DNA of 64,000 bases. Origin: Bacteroidales bacterium. GTDB taxonomy: Bacteria > Bacteroidota > Bacteroidia > Bacteroidales > JAADJA01. A program made the translations under genes and the position numbers. Under the pieces are notes generated by a model. It was not told where the DNA came from, made no database searches, and worked only from the letters and a program-made list of their open reading frames with translations. Below are positions 39,282 through 48,474 of this stretch, piece by piece. Location: positions 3,693-67,692 of the forward strand of contig JAGVPB010000038.1 of the NCBI GenBank assembly GCA_020052415.1, read 5' to 3'. The number at the start of each line of letters is the position of its first letter. The first letter of the stretch is position 1.

Positions 39282-39350
39282 GTGACTGGAGTGACTAAAG
39301 TGCCTAAATTGACTAAAGTGACCAAAGTGTCTAAAGTGCCTAAAGTGTCC
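39282..39350. repeat. Degenerate 9-mer tandem array (CTAAAGTGN)n between cbpA and cbpM
   Basis: GTGACTGGAGTGACTAAAGTGCCTAAATTGACTAAAGTGACCAAAGTGTCTAAAGTGCCTAAAGTGTCC. Confidence 0.85.
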
Positions 39351-39424
39351 CATTTTTACATATTTTAGATTACAAACTTTTTCTGCTTAAAATACTTTAG
39401 CTCACTCTAAGTACTTTAAATACT

Positions 39425-40327
39425 CTAAGTACTTTTATTACTAAGCGAGACCAATTCGTTAAATAATGCTCTTTGCTTATCCGTTAAATTTGTAGGGATT
39501 TTAATGTTCCAGGTTACTATTAAATCTCCAAAGTGGCCTTCATTTTTATAAACAGGAAATCCCTTACCCGTTAATTTTATTTTACTTCCATTTTGAGTTT
39601 CGGGACTTACTTTCAGTTTTACTTTTCCATCTAAAGTATCTATAGTAGTTTCTCCTCCCAAAACAGCAATGTATAAATCCAAATCAGCCGTGGTGTACAG
39701 ATTGTTCCCCAAACGTTTAATTTTTGGGTTGTTTGCTATTGAAAATGTCAGGTATAAATCGCCATTCGGACCGCCATTTATGCCCTGACCTCCGTGTCCG
39801 GCTATTTTTATTGTTTGGCCATTCTCAATTCCGGCGGGAATTGTAATTCTAATCTTCTTTCCGTTTACCGTTAAAGTTTGTTTGTGGGTTTTAAATGCAT
39901 CAATAAGGTCCAACTGTAATTCAGCATTATAGTCTTCACCCCTGTATCTTGCCTGCCTGCTTCTGCCTGTGGTTGTAGCTCCGCCAAACATGGATTCGAA
40001 AAAATCCGAAAAATCACTGCCCGTTTGTGCTCCTGAATATCCTGCACTCCGTGAACCTGATGTTTGCTGCTGATACTGTTTTGCCTTTTCAAATTCTTCG
40101 GCATGTTGCCAATCCTTACCGTACTGATCGTATTTTTTACGTTTTACCGGATCGCTCAATACTTCATTGGCTTCATTGATCTGCTGAAAATTCTTTTTCG
40201 CATCCTTATCGTTGGGATTTAAATCAGGATGAAACTTTCTGGCTAATTTCCTGTAGGCATTTTTAATGTCCTTTGGTGCGGCATTTTTATCAATCCCTAA
40301 GATTTTGTAATAATCAACAAATAGCAT
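39425..40327 (-). CDS. cbpA: Curved-DNA-binding J-domain protein (CbpA/DnaJ class without zinc finger)
   Basis: J domain [33 protein letters not shown], a G/S-rich linker and two C-terminal beta domains. Confidence 0.85.
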   Translation of the reverse strand: MLFVDYYKILGIDKNAAPKDIKNAYRKLARKFHPDLNPNDKDAKKNFQQINEANEVLSDPVKRKKYDQYGKDWQHAEEFEKAKQYQQQTSGSRSAGYSGAQTGSDFSDFFESMFGGATTTGRSRQARYRGEDYNAELQLDLIDAFKTHKQTLTVNGKKIRITIPAGIENGQTIKIAGHGGQGINGGPNGDLYLTFSIANNPKIKRLGNNLYTTADLDLYIAVLGGETTIDTLDGKVKLKVSPETQNGSKIKLTGKGFPVYKNEGHFGDLIVTWNIKIPTNLTDKQRALFNELVSLSNKST

Positions 40328-40332
40328 TTCTT

Positions 40333-40527
40333 TCAGGAAATTTCTTTATTGCGGTCATGATTATGAGCACATTGCATTAGTGTAAAATCCAAAAGTTCAT
40401 CATCATCACTCCAATACTGTACTTCAGTGCCGGGAGTTTCAGGGACGTTATACTCATTGTACGGTTTGTGATTTGACAGTTCATAGGATTGAACTTCATC
40501 AGGCTGGACATTTTGATTTGTTTTCAT
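40333..40527 (-). CDS. Small acidic hypothetical protein (64 aa)
   Basis: It is the first ORF after module copy G and lies 6 nt upstream of cbpA. Confidence 0.45.
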   Translation of the reverse strand: MKTNQNVQPDEVQSYELSNHKPYNEYNVPETPGTEVQYWSDDDELLDFTLMQCAHNHDRNKEIS

Positions 40528-40560
40528 TTCTGTTATTGTTAATTACATGTTAAATTTCAG

Positions 40561-40633
40561 CAAATAAAAATAAGTTGCCCAACCACTGAAATCGTTACAT
40601 AATTTTGGAAATATTTTACATTATTCACACATT
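40561..40633 (-). promoter_or_regulatory. Stress-island promoter/operator module, copy G (variant spacing)
   Basis: GTTACATAATT at 40594 and TTTACATTATTCACACATT at 40615-40633. The -7-like CAAATA box is at 40561, giving offsets of 33/54 instead of 29/50. Confidence 0.55.
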
Positions 40634-40677
40634 TCCAAAATAATGCGCAACAAACAAATTGATGGGTCCTGATGATG

Positions 40678-41532
40678 CTAAGTTTTTTTTGCAAATTTGA
40701 TAAGCTCAGTATTAAACCTGCGGGTTTCTTCGAGGAACAGGCTGTGGCCGCTTTTCTCAAAAGCAATGATGCTTGAATTTGCTATTCCTTTTTTCATTTG
40801 TTCGGCAAGATCAAAAGAACATATTTTATCTTTCCTGCCATGCATAATCACTGTCGGAATTGTTATTTTCGCCAGATCACTCCTCAGGTCTGTATCGCGC
40901 AAAGCGATTAAACATTCTGCCATTGCATGAGAAGAAGCGCTGATCCCAATACCGTTCAGCCAACTGCCAATTCCCGCATTCAATGAGCTTTCAGTAGCAG
41001 AGAATATCTTTGCAAAATTGGATAAAAGCTTAGGGCGATCCTGGTAGTTCAATGCAATTAAGTCATCAACTGCACTTTTTGGAAGGTTATATGGAAAATC
41101 TTTACGTTGTGTCCAAACCGGTGCTGCCGCTCCGAACAAAGCCAGCCTGGATACATGAGCTCCATCATCCGACGACACATACCTGATTGCAATGGCACCG
41201 CCCATCGAAAAGCCACCAAGAACGGCATCTTCTATTTCAAGCTTACATAATATATTTTTTATGTCGAGGGCATGTACATCGTAATTGTAATTGCCGTACG
41301 GTTTATCAGATTTGCCAAAACCTCTTAAGGTAATTCCAATTACGCGGAGATTAGCATTAATCAGGTCGTTGTATTGATATTCGTACATTTCATCACTTAA
41401 AGGCCAGCCGTGTATTAGAACAACAGGCCTGCCTTCGCCGGCATCTGTAATATGAAGCCGGACATTGGGTTCTGCTTCAATATATTCTGCTCTGGCTATT
41501 CCTGGTGTTTTTTCATCTGATAGCTTTTCCAT
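40678..41532 (-). CDS. Alpha/beta hydrolase (haloperoxidase/esterase-like)
   Basis: HGWPLSDEMYEYQ, nucleophile elbow GFSMGG, and HGRKDKICSF ... GHSLFLEE. Confidence 0.8.
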   Translation of the reverse strand: MEKLSDEKTPGIARAEYIEAEPNVRLHITDAGEGRPVVLIHGWPLSDEMYEYQYNDLINANLRVIGITLRGFGKSDKPYGNYNYDVHALDIKNILCKLEIEDAVLGGFSMGGAIAIRYVSSDDGAHVSRLALFGAAAPVWTQRKDFPYNLPKSAVDDLIALNYQDRPKLLSNFAKIFSATESSLNAGIGSWLNGIGISASSHAMAECLIALRDTDLRSDLAKITIPTVIMHGRKDKICSFDLAEQMKKGIANSSIIAFEKSGHSLFLEETRRFNTELIKFAKKT

Positions 41533-41563
41533 CTTTTTAATTATTTCAGTTAAAATACTACGG

Positions 41564-41752
41564 TCAGTTCAACGGACTCTCAGTTTGACTAACCAGATAA
41601 TCCTCCATACCCATTTGGTCAATTAGTGCGCGTTGAATTTCTGCCCAATTGATATGACCTTCGTCAGAATTGTGAATCCTGCTCAACAAATCAATAGTAC
41701 CCTGATGATATATGTCGCGGGTGAGTTTATCTGTATTATTAAATTTGCGCAT
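41564..41752 (-). CDS. Small hypothetical protein (62 aa)
   Basis: An ORF lying between two co-oriented genes of the same unit. Confidence 0.4.
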   Translation of the reverse strand: MRKFNNTDKLTRDIYHQGTIDLLSRIHNSDEGHINWAEIQRALIDQMGMEDYLVSQTESPLN

Positions 41753-41849
41753 GCTTTAAGTTTTTTTGATATCTGACAATTTCCCAAATTAATTTGCATA
41801 ATTAAATGCATTGTTAACACTGTTAATTTATTTTGGATAGTCGTATGTT

Positions 41850-42380
41850 TTATAACAAATCATTTGAATTATAATTATATTGGTACTTTAAGAAATGTGT
41901 CCGTACTTTTTCACATTTCTGAATGACTTTTTCCATAAGCTTTCCTTCAGATGTATAAATTAGTATTTCATTGCTGGAATTTACGTATTTCCCTTTAAAT
42001 GTATTCTGATGTGTAATTTGTATTAATTTACTTTCGCTGTCGTATAAATATATTTTTCTGTAGTTATCTTCCCACCTGAGTTTTGCATCATTCCAATATT
42101 GTTCAAACTCTTCAATGACATGGCCGTCTTTATAATAATACGCATTAAGGTTTTTATTGACCCATAGGTCATTTTGTTTGATCTGGGTTAATTCAGAAAT
42201 AACCAGCCCATTATCGTAGGTGGTGATGATCCTGTCGAAATTTTCCCAGTCATTTGATACAATATTCCATTGACGTGTAAAGGATGTATCATAAGTAATT
42301 TGTGAATTGAGATTGTCTGAAATAATCAGACTTATTATTGCTGTGCAGATTGACCATATAGTTATAAAATTTTTTGTCAT
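41850..42380 (-). CDS. Secreted hypothetical protein (176 aa)
   Basis: An N-terminal hydrophobic signal and a Trp/Tyr/Asn-rich repeat-like sequence. Confidence 0.5.
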   Translation of the reverse strand: MTKNFITIWSICTAIISLIISDNLNSQITYDTSFTRQWNIVSNDWENFDRIITTYDNGLVISELTQIKQNDLWVNKNLNAYYYKDGHVIEEFEQYWNDAKLRWEDNYRKIYLYDSESKLIQITHQNTFKGKYVNSSNEILIYTSEGKLMEKVIQKCEKVRTHFLKYQYNYNSNDLL

Positions 42381-42410
42381 ACACCTGAATTGTCTTTATT
42401 TATCATTTTG

Positions 42411-42498
42411 CAAATGAATTTTGAGAGTACGAAATTAGGCTACCGGAGCACGGCAGGTGTTATATAACTATTAAAAAGATTTACATCATTCACACATT
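42411..42498 (-). promoter_or_regulatory. Stress-island promoter/operator module, copy H (degenerate proximal repeat)
   Basis: The distal box TTTACATCATTCACACATT at 42480-42498 is intact. The proximal repeat is degenerate (GTTATATAACTATT at 42459). The -7-like CAAATG box is at 42411. Confidence 0.5.
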
Positions 42499-42627
42499 TT
42501 CGTGTGCATTTTATAATTTAGCAGGAAATTGCTTGAAGTTATTTTGGAGGTAAGTTCTTTATTCCAGGAATCCTGTACCCACACGAAGATCAAACTATAA
42601 ATCAATAATTCAGGGTGTCGCCGGAAA

Positions 42628-43113
42628 TTATTCGTGTTTTTTAGTCGGGATGATGAACAGTGGTAAAGTAGTAAGACTTAAAACTTTTTCAGTTACACTT
42701 CCCATAAGTATATTTTTCAGCCATTTCTGACTGTGAGAGCCTATAACAATTAAATCTGCCTGAATCGCTTTTGCAGCTTTTAAAATAGATTCGGCAATAT
42801 CACCCTCTTCAACCAGGGTATGGGCAGTACTATCGCCAAGGTGCTGTCTTGTTTTATCTAAATAATTGAAGGATGCGTTTTTCAGCGTATCAAGATTATT
42901 TAATTCAATTGAACCAACTTCTCTGAAACCGGTAAATCCCATAATAGGATCATATTCTGTTGAAGAATAATAAACCATTTCTGATATTACATGCAGCAAT
43001 GTGACTTCAGCATTCATGGCTTTAGCCATTGAAAATCCAATTTCCGCCACTTTTTGTGCAGTCGGATTATAATCCAGCGCTATCAGTACTTTTTTCATTT
43101 TATTTGTTTTCAT
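42628..43113 (-). CDS. Universal stress protein (UspA family)
   Basis: KKVLIALDYNPTAQKVAE..., LIVIGSHSQKWLKNILMGSVTEKV. Confidence 0.85.
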   Translation of the reverse strand: MKTNKMKKVLIALDYNPTAQKVAEIGFSMAKAMNAEVTLLHVISEMVYYSSTEYDPIMGFTGFREVGSIELNNLDTLKNASFNYLDKTRQHLGDSTAHTLVEEGDIAESILKAAKAIQADLIVIGSHSQKWLKNILMGSVTEKVLSLTTLPLFIIPTKKHE

Positions 43114-43126
43114 ATTCTCAATTTTT

Positions 43127-44869
43127 TTAATTTAAATAATCACCTATCAATTCTAAAAATGTATCCTTTATAATGGGTTTTGAAATATAATTATCAAAAC
43201 CCGCTTCCAGCGCCTGCGATTTGGATTCACCAAGTGCATAAGCTGTTTGGGCAATCACGGGCAGTTTTGGCCTTATTTGTTTAATGAGCCGTGTAGCCTC
43301 CCAGCCATCCATGACCGGCATTTTGATATCCATTAAAACCAATGAAATATCAGCCTGTTTGGTTACCTGCTCAACGGCCTCTCTTCCATCCCATGCATGT
43401 ACCATCTTAACTTTTGTTGTGGACAGTAATTCTTCTATATAAGCGTGGTTATATATTTCATCCTCCACGATAAGAATTGTTTTTTTATTCCAGTTAATGA
43501 CCCGGTTGGTTCTGTCAGTTAATACAGAACTAACATTATTTTCTTTTTCTTTTCTATAAGGAATGACAAAATTAAAAGTTGAACCTGTCCCAAGTTCTGA
43601 ATCAACGGTAATGATGCCACCAAGCTTTTGAACCAATGCTTTTGAAATTGATAACCCCAACCCATTGCCTCCATAAACCTGACCCTCCGAACCTGCCTTC
43701 CTGAAACGCTGAAAAATTATTTCATGGTTTTCCGGCAATATACCAATGCCGGTATCTTTAACATAAAACTCAATGAAATTCTCGATAATTTTATAGCCGA
43801 ATTCAATGTTACCTTCTTTGGTGAATTTAATGGCATTATTCAGTAAGTTGCATAATACCTGCCTGATCCTGTTTCCATCTGTTTTAACCAGTATCAGGTC
43901 ATTGGGACGATCGGAGGAATATCGCAGGTCAATTTTTTTTAACTCAACCAGGTTTTTATAGGTCACAAATAATTCATTCATTAATTTATTGATATCAACC
44001 AATTCCGAATCAATGGTAATTTGACCAGCTTCAATTGAAGCAATATCTAGGATGTCACTAATTACGGACAAAAGCTGCTGGCTGCTGGCATTAATGATTT
44101 GAACATAATCTTCAAGCTTGTCATGAGATAATCCGGGTTCTGAAAGAAATCCCGAAAATCCCATTATGGCGTTCATGGGAGTGCGAATTTCATGGCTTAT
44201 ATTTGCCAGGAAAGTTGATTTAAGTTTGTCCGATTCTTCCGCCCTTGCTTTTGCAATAATAAGCTCACTATTTATATTTTTGATGCGTTTTAAGCTTTCA
44301 GTTAGTTCTTCATTAAGTTCCAAATATTCTTTATTTAATTTCAGATAATCAATGTTTTGCTTTTTCAGGCTTTGTTCACTTTCTTTCAATGCTTTTTCTG
44401 CATTTTTACGATCAGTAATATCCCTGATATTGCATTGAATCACTTTTGTATTGTTTTCCAAATAAACGTTGCTTATAAATTCCACCTCGGTTATTTTTCC
44501 ATTTCGTCGCTGAATGGGCATGTCTTCAAACCGGATATATCCGTTCTTCTTCAATTCGCTAAAAGCAAGTTCCGATTCTTCCATATTGCTGAATAGTCCG
44601 ATTTCCCATAATCTTTTCCCAAGAATTTCTTCTAACGGTAAATCTATAATTTTAACAATGAATGGATTTGCATCTGTTATATTTCCGGTTTCAAAATCAA
44701 GGATCAGGATACCGTCTTTCGCTGACTCAAATAACCGGCGGTATCGTATTTCAGATTTTTTCTGCTTTTCATCAAACAAAGCCTCTTTATTCTTGTCAAT
44801 TGCTCGCGGTATTGGTGAATCCGCCGAAAATTTTTTAACAAATTTTTTTATAGAAAAGTTCAATTTCAT
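43127..44869 (-). CDS. Hybrid sensor histidine kinase (PAS - HisKA - HATPase_c - REC)
   Basis: SEIRYRRLFESAKDGILILD (PAS), FLANISHEIRTPMNAI (H box), GGNGLGLSISK (G box), and ILIVEDE...LVLMDIKMPVMDG (receiver). Confidence 0.9.
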   Translation of the reverse strand: MKLNFSIKKFVKKFSADSPIPRAIDKNKEALFDEKQKKSEIRYRRLFESAKDGILILDFETGNITDANPFIVKIIDLPLEEILGKRLWEIGLFSNMEESELAFSELKKNGYIRFEDMPIQRRNGKITEVEFISNVYLENNTKVIQCNIRDITDRKNAEKALKESEQSLKKQNIDYLKLNKEYLELNEELTESLKRIKNINSELIIAKARAEESDKLKSTFLANISHEIRTPMNAIMGFSGFLSEPGLSHDKLEDYVQIINASSQQLLSVISDILDIASIEAGQITIDSELVDINKLMNELFVTYKNLVELKKIDLRYSSDRPNDLILVKTDGNRIRQVLCNLLNNAIKFTKEGNIEFGYKIIENFIEFYVKDTGIGILPENHEIIFQRFRKAGSEGQVYGGNGLGLSISKALVQKLGGIITVDSELGTGSTFNFVIPYRKEKENNVSSVLTDRTNRVINWNKKTILIVEDEIYNHAYIEELLSTTKVKMVHAWDGREAVEQVTKQADISLVLMDIKMPVMDGWEATRLIKQIRPKLPVIAQTAYALGESKSQALEAGFDNYISKPIIKDTFLELIGDYLN

Positions 44870-44946
44870 ATAATAATTGTTTCAGGACTATGCTCAGGAA
44901 TTAAACCTAAAATATGGATTTACCATTTAATTTTTTTTTATCAGAG

Positions 44947-46158
44947 CTATTCTTTCCTATTTTTTGGTGGTTTTTTTTGCTTGTTTTGTTTGACTTCTTT
45001 AGCTTGTTTATTCGGCTGGGTTTGTTTTGTTTGTTTTATCCCACCGCTCTTTTCCTTTGGCTTGGGCTGACTGGATTGTTTTATCCCGCTACCCTTTTCG
45101 TTTGGCTTAGATTGACCGGGTTGCTTGATTCCATCACCCTTTTTATTTGGATTGGATTGGTCGGGCTGCTTGATTCCATCACCCTTTTTATTTGGATTGG
45201 ATTGGTCGGGCTGCTTGATTCCTTCACCTTTTTTATTTGGATTGGCCTGGTTTGGCTGCTTCACACCCTCATTCCTTTTAACAGGAGTAACTTTTTTTGG
45301 TTGTGATGGTTTCTGCTCAATACCCTGATTTGTTTTTTGTGATGGAGTTTTAGTAGTTCTTTGTTCCGAAGTTTTTACATTTTTCAAATCCTCAACTTTG
45401 GAAGGGGCAGGTTTCTGTCCGTTTGAGAAATTTTTTTGCACCCGTGGTTTGTACAGCTCAAGCTGATTTTTACTTATGTTCTGACCAGGCTTATTGCTTT
45501 CTTTGATCGCAACAGGAGTAAATTTTTTCCCGGCATGTTTTTCCACTTCACTTCTGTCAGGACCTGCATTATAGGTTACATTACGCGATTTATCCACCCG
45601 TGTATTATTTATCACTGTGGAATTATTTATGATCGTCACATTGTTTGAGTTGTTGATATAGTAGTTGTTGATATTGGTTCTGCCAAAATCCCTGTCATTC
45701 ACAAAAGTCCAGTGGTTATACGGTACATTATATCCATTGCTGTAAGCGACACTTATGCTTACACCCGGTCCCATTGGAGCCCAGCCGTAATAACCTGCCG
45801 ACCTTCTCCAAACAACCCATCCCGGTCCCCATTCGTAATCCGGAACCCACATAGGTCCGTAAATATCATCTATGTACCAGCGGCCATAATGAAAAGGCGC
45901 CCATCCCCACGAATAATTAGAAACCCATGTCCATCCCTCATCGGTAAACACCCAGTAACCGTTAGTAGCATAGGGAGTAAATCCGGGCCCTGCATCGGGA
46001 ATCCAAACATAACCATAATCGGAATATTCAACCCAGGTTCCATAAGGACTTAATTCATCATAAAAGACCTGGAGACCAACCTGTGCCGAAACTTTTTGAG
46101 TTGTCAAATACAGGCTTGTAAAAAGCATAATGAGAAGAAAAATAATTTTAGTTTTCAT
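44947..46158 (-). CDS. Secreted protein with Trp/Tyr/Gly-rich N-terminal domain (YxWGW-type repeats) and Lys/Pro/Gln-rich 15-aa tandem repeats
   Basis: Signal peptide, then GYVWIPD...WTWVSNYSWGWAPFHYGRW...WGPGWVVWRR. The C-terminus carries NPNKKG(D/E)GIKQP(D/G)Q(S) repeats. Confidence 0.7.
   Translation of the reverse strand: MKTKIIFLLIMLFTSLYLTTQKVSAQVGLQVFYDELSPYGTWVEYSDYGYVWIPDAGPGFTPYATNGYWVFTDEGWTWVSNYSWGWAPFHYGRWYIDDIYGPMWVPDYEWGPGWVVWRRSAGYYGWAPMGPGVSISVAYSNGYNVPYNHWTFVNDRDFGRTNINNYYINNSNNVTIINNSTVINNTRVDKSRNVTYNAGPDRSEVEKHAGKKFTPVAIKESNKPGQNISKNQLELYKPRVQKNFSNGQKPAPSKVEDLKNVKTSEQRTTKTPSQKTNQGIEQKPSQPKKVTPVKRNEGVKQPNQANPNKKGEGIKQPDQSNPNKKGDGIKQPDQSNPNKKGDGIKQPGQSKPNEKGSGIKQSSQPKPKEKSGGIKQTKQTQPNKQAKEVKQNKQKKPPKNRKE
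45026..45255. repeat. 45-bp in-frame tandem repeat (about 5 units, 2 nearly identical)
   Basis: The units at 45121-45165 and 45166-45210 are almost identical (yTGCTTGATTCCATCACCCTTTTTATTTGGATTGGATTGGTCGGG). Flanking units are progressively diverged. Confidence 0.85.
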
Positions 46159-46191
46159 GAAATCAAAATTAATATTGTGTTAAATCATTTT

Positions 46192-46260
46192 GCAAAGTTT
46201 AATACTCTAATGATTAAAAACATTACACAATTACGGAAAAGAGTTACATGATTCACACAT
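46192..46260 (-). promoter_or_regulatory. Stress-island promoter/operator module, copy I
   Basis: CAAAGT at 46192, ATTACACAATT at 46221, GTTACATGATTCACACATT at 46242-46260. It lies 34 nt upstream of the ATG at 46158. Confidence 0.7.
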
Positions 46261-46340
46261 TTTCATCTGCGATATACTTTATAAATTAGGGCGGTTTCAG
46301 TCTGAACTTTTAGCCTGATTAATTCAACACAAACACTCAT

Positions 46341-46375
46341 GTCATTCCGATGGAGTGTAGCGACTGAGGAATCTC
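46341..46375. repeat. REP-like unit, same family as 10137-10240
   Basis: GTCATTCCGATGGAGTGTAGCGACTGAGGAATCTC. Confidence 0.75.
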
Positions 46376-46540
46376 ATTTACAATGAAATATACTGCAACT
46401 TAGGGATAATGCGAAGCACTTTTCGCTTAGTTGCAGTTATGCCGATAGGAACAATCATTAGAAATTTGCATACCTGTTCCGTAGCGGTATTAACTAACTA
46501 AGGGATTTTGTTTATGAATTATCCAGGTTCGAAAAAAAAA

Positions 46541-46668
46541 GGCTGTCTCAAAAGTAAATATAAAACGTCATTGCGAAGGCGGAGCCTGAAGCAATCTGTT
46601 GATTTACATACAACAGCAGATTGCTTCACTTCGTTCGCAATGACGATCACAAACCTTTTGAGACAGCC
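46541..46668. repeat. Nested ~128-bp imperfect palindrome 3' of the OmpA gene
   Basis: Three arm pairs are nested. GGCTGTCTCAAAAG (46541) pairs with CTTTTGAGACAGCC (46655). GTCATTGCGAA (46567) pairs with TTCGCAATGAC (46634). GAAGCAATCTGTTG (46588) pairs with CAGCAGATTGCTTC (46614). Confidence 0.8.
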
Positions 46669-46715
46669 TCATAACTTAAATGACAATCTAAATTCAGCCT
46701 AACCCTAATTTTTCA

Positions 46716-48260
46716 TCAATAAGATGTTTTTAATTCAACTCTCCTGTTTTTTGCGCGGCCTTCAGAAGTGTTATTGTCAGCAATTGGCTTGGATTCACCA
46801 TAACCTATTCCTGTCAAACGCGATTCCATAATACCCTTTGACATCAGGTATGTTTTTACCGATTCAGTGCGCTTTTGTGATAAATTAAGGTTGAAATCAT
46901 CTTCACCCTGGCTGTCGGCATGACCTTCGATAAGTAAGTTGGCTGCCTCATATTTTTTGAGAATTATTGCCAGTTCGTCTAATTGTACCAAAGATGCTAC
47001 TTTAAGTTTATCACTATTGGTTTCGAAGAAAATTTTACTTGCTATATTCGTAATCTTCTTTAAGTCTGCCTTAGCAATTTCAGGACAGCCTTTATTTGCA
47101 ATGGTACCTTTCACATCAGGACAACGGTCTTCGTTATCCGCCACACCGTCGCTATCACTATCAGGGCACCCCTTTAATGCAGCAATACCGGCTTTATCAG
47201 GACAGGCATCTTCTTCGTTAAAAATACCATCTTTGTCATTATCCATTGCACAGCCTGTTGCATCTACCTGATAACCAGCTTTTGTATTGGGACATTTATC
47301 ATCTAAATCAGCTACACCGTCTTTGTCAGCATCGGGACAGCCCTTTAATGCTTCAAGGCCTGCTAAATCGGGACAACGATCATCCATATCAGCAACTCCG
47401 TCTTCATCTTTATCAGGGCAACCTTTTAATGCTGCTGATCCTTTAACATCGGGGCAAATATCATCTTTATCAGCAATACCATCGGTATCTCTATCAGGAC
47501 AACCTTTTAATGCCTTGACTCCTGCAACATCAGGACATGCATCTAAGTAATCTGCCTCACCATCTCCATCTTTATCAAGCGGGCATCCAACTTTATCAAC
47601 TGCTATTGATACAGGAGTAGCAGGGCATTTATCCCGGTAATCAGATATACCATCACCATCCGCATCTTTTTTCTTACCAAAATTAAAAGTAATTCCAACG
47701 GTGTGAAGAAGGTACATGTCATTTGCCTGTGCAACCACTCCATCCCTGTTATCTGCCATGGAATAAAGAAAAGTTTCCTGTATATTAAGCATAACGGACG
47801 GACCCAACCTGACATTTACTCCTCCGCCAAATGAAGGGGCGATGAAATCAACTTTATTATTAGGACTAACAGGCGGATTATCTTCAAACAACATAGCGCC
47901 GGCTCCTACAAATAAATAAGGTCTTACGATGTATTTTGATTCCAGTACATTAAACCTGAAATTGATAAGGGCCGAAGTAAAATTGTCGTTAAAGGATCCG
48001 ATACTTGCCGGGCGGTTAAAACCAACCGTTCCTTTAGTAACAAAAAGATTTAAATCGAAATAATTTCCGATAAATCTTGAAACAGATACGCCACCAACAC
48101 CATACAGTGCCATGTGGGTTCTATAGAAATCTTTACCGAGGTCGCCATTGTACTGGCTTATTCCTCCATGCAGGCCAATGTTCCATTTTTTATCCTCTGT
48201 CTGAGCATTGGTAATTAATGTAAGTGCAACGCAAATACATAATAGTAATAGTTTTTTCAT
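46716..48260 (-). CDS. OmpA-family outer-membrane protein with thrombospondin type-3 (Ca-binding) repeats
   Basis: The ATG at 48260 gives MKKLLLLCICVALTLITNAQ. It has an N-terminal beta-barrel, then more than 8 DxDxDGxxDxxDxCP repeats. The C-terminal OmpA_C domain shows HADSQGEDDFNLNLSQKRTESV and NRRVEL. Confidence 0.85.
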   Translation of the reverse strand: MKKLLLLCICVALTLITNAQTEDKKWNIGLHGGISQYNGDLGKDFYRTHMALYGVGGVSVSRFIGNYFDLNLFVTKGTVGFNRPASIGSFNDNFTSALINFRFNVLESKYIVRPYLFVGAGAMLFEDNPPVSPNNKVDFIAPSFGGGVNVRLGPSVMLNIQETFLYSMADNRDGVVAQANDMYLLHTVGITFNFGKKKDADGDGISDYRDKCPATPVSIAVDKVGCPLDKDGDGEADYLDACPDVAGVKALKGCPDRDTDGIADKDDICPDVKGSAALKGCPDKDEDGVADMDDRCPDLAGLEALKGCPDADKDGVADLDDKCPNTKAGYQVDATGCAMDNDKDGIFNEEDACPDKAGIAALKGCPDSDSDGVADNEDRCPDVKGTIANKGCPEIAKADLKKITNIASKIFFETNSDKLKVASLVQLDELAIILKKYEAANLLIEGHADSQGEDDFNLNLSQKRTESVKTYLMSKGIMESRLTGIGYGESKPIADNNTSEGRAKNRRVELKTSY

Positions 48261-48287
48261 CTTATTTTTTTTAAAAATTAATAAATA

Positions 48288-48355
48288 CAAAGGTCAGATA
48301 TAGCAAGGCGGAATGTGTTACACAATTTATTAAAAAAGTTACATCTTTCACACAT
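48288..48355 (-). promoter_or_regulatory. Stress-island promoter/operator module, copy J
   Basis: CAAAGG at 48288, GTTACACAATT at 48317, GTTACATCTTTCACACAT at 48338-48355. It lies 28 nt upstream of the ATG at 48260. Confidence 0.7.
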
Positions 48356-48474
48356 ATTCAGGTAAAAATCAAAAGAAGCCATCCCGAATTGAGATGACTT
48401 CTTAAAAATTATTAATATTAACTAAGTCAAATCATTACAAATATTCTGGATAGTTCACAAGCGGTCGGAATGTT

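Noticed and set aside
40557-40766. ORF 40557..40766 (69 aa) spanning module copy G and the 3' end of the hydrolase gene
   Set aside because: It overlaps the conserved promoter module and the real hydrolase ORF in another frame, and there is no supporting feature.
44914-45328. Plus-strand ORFs 44914..45306 and 45125..45328, with repetitive LFIWIGLVGLLDS sequence
   Set aside because: They are an artefact of the 45-bp tandem repeat in the minus-strand gene 44947..46158.
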